The notes under the pieces: generated by a model
Seen by the model: the letters and a program-made list of their open reading frames with translations, nothing else
Told to the model about the DNA's origin: nothing
The model's database searches: none
From: an uncultured Bacillales bacterium
Lineage (GTDB): Bacteria; Bacillota_I; Bacilli_A; RF39; UBA660
Direction of reading: 5' to 3'
Assembly: GCA_946539445.1 (NCBI GenBank)
Contig: CAMNHK010000003.1
Span: 1,746-65,745, forward strand
DNA length: 64,000 bases
In this document: positions 63,289 through 64,000 of the stretch, piece by piece
How positions within the stretch are numbered: position 1 is the first letter of the stretch
How the letters are laid out: the number at the start of each line of letters is the position of its first letter
Translations under genes and position numbers: made by a program

Positions 63289-64000
63289 TTAGCCTCTAAG
63301 TTCCTCTAATTTTTCTTGAAATTCTTGTGGAGCATCCACTTGAAAAAACAATTCTTTTCCTGTTCTTGGATGCTGGAAACGAATAGAATAAGAATGCAAC
63401 ATTTGCCCAAACTCCGTACACTTTCCCCTTCCATATAAAGGATCATTTAAAACAGGATAACCAATATAAGCCATATGAACACGAATTTGATGAGTTCTTC
63501 CGGTTTCTAGCCTACACTCAATATATGTATGATTTTGAAATCTTTCTAAAACTCTAAAATGAGTGACAGCTTCTTTTCCATGAACATCGGTAACTGCCAT
63601 CTTTTGCCGATTATTAGAGTCTCTTCCGATAGGAGCATCTATTTCTCCTGTATCATGCTTAATAACCCCCTCAACAATTGCCACGTATTTTCTTTCAACT
63701 TCTTTAGAAGCAATCATTTCGGATAGTTTTTCATGAGTCCACTCATTTTTAGCAACTAGCATCAATCCACTTGTATCCTTATCCAAACGATGAACAATTC
63801 CAGGGCGACTTGCTTCACCACTTGTTAATTTATAACGATATAGTAAAGCATTTACCAAAGTTCCTGTATAATGACCAGGAGCTGGATGAACAACCATTCC
63901 ACTGGCTTTATTCAAAACAATTAAATCATCATCTTCATAAACAATATCAAGAGGTAAATCTTCTGCGACAACATGTAACTCATAATCCAAATCCTCTTCC
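63289..64000 (-). CDS. RluA-family 23S rRNA pseudouridine synthase (RluD-like), N-terminus outside the window
   Basis: VNKASGMVVHPAPGH and the catalytic motif HRLDKDTSGLMLVAKN, then GRTHQIRVHMA. The frame stays open to position 64000. Confidence 0.88.
   Translation of the reverse strand, partial: EEDLDYELHVVAEDLPLDIVYEDDDLIVLNKASGMVVHPAPGHYTGTLVNALLYRYKLTSGEASRPGIVHRLDKDTSGLMLVAKNEWTHEKLSEMIASKEVERKYVAIVEGVIKHDTGEIDAPIGRDSNNRQKMAVTDVHGKEAVTHFRVLERFQNHTYIECRLETGRTHQIRVHMAYIGYPVLNDPLYGRGKCTEFGQMLHSYSIRFQHPRTGKELFFQVDAPQEFQEKLEELRG

Noticed and set aside
1-64000. Mollicutes-type genetic code (TGA = Trp), suggested by the very low GC content
   Set aside because: Long ORFs with conserved family lengths (phosphoketolase 780 aa, HtpG, TrpS, VirB4, kinase) are obtained with the standard code. 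Several genes end at TGA in ATGA overlaps with the next start, consistent with TGA acting as a stop.
1-64000. CRISPR arrays, rRNA/tRNA genes, IS elements or long direct repeats
   Set aside because: Reading through the intergenic regions (all shorter than about 230 nt), I saw no repeat-spacer periodicity, tRNA-like cloverleaf candidates, transposase motifs or terminal inverted repeats. A computational repeat search would be needed to exclude dispersed short repeats.

Overview
AT-rich chromosomal segment (GC not computed) from a low-GC Gram-positive bacterium. It uses the standard code, carries an IreB/DUF965 gene, and shows Bacillus-like ruvX-mltG-yrrM-yrrN-yrrO synteny. All but four of the CDS I call are on the minus strand. 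I saw no rRNA, tRNA, CRISPR array, transposase or integrase. The window has four parts. (1) 1-14.7 kb is housekeeping: a thiol-disulfide module, cysteine desulfurase, phosphoketolase, CIRCE-controlled htpG, trpS, rmuC, dedA and rhodanese. (2) 14.7-41.1 kb is a block of 23 tightly packed, co-directional ORFs. It joins a Firmicutes-type T4SS core (VirD4, split VirB4, VirB3/VirB6/VirB2-like proteins, wall hydrolase) to a Tad/Flp-type pilus module (CpaF ATPase, TadB/TadC-like, CpaB-like, TadZ-like, two TadE-like pseudopilins, and a 49-aa pilin gene missing from the ORF track). It also encodes a sortase-B-like enzyme and large Cys-rich surface proteins, but no relaxase, integrase or replication genes. 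(3) 41.2-54 kb is housekeeping again: greA, HD-domain dGTPase-like, U32 pair, O-methyltransferase, mltG, ruvX, ireB, rhomboid, tspO, an orphan hybrid histidine kinase and an acyltransferase. (4) 54.1-63.3 kb is a RiPP-like or peptide-derived-metabolite cluster. It has two RRE-fused radical SAM (SPASM/twitch) enzymes, a B12-domain radical SAM with a Cx4Cx2C motif, a HisC/CobD-like PLP enzyme, a PEP-utilising swivel-domain enzyme, a standalone YcaO and a small C39-like protein. It also has two unannotated short ORFs; one ends in a double-glycine-like motif followed by NYCSDSC. No transporter is present. Parts (2) and (4) are the best candidates for undescribed systems. All functional calls rest on motifs I could read in the translations; no database search was run.
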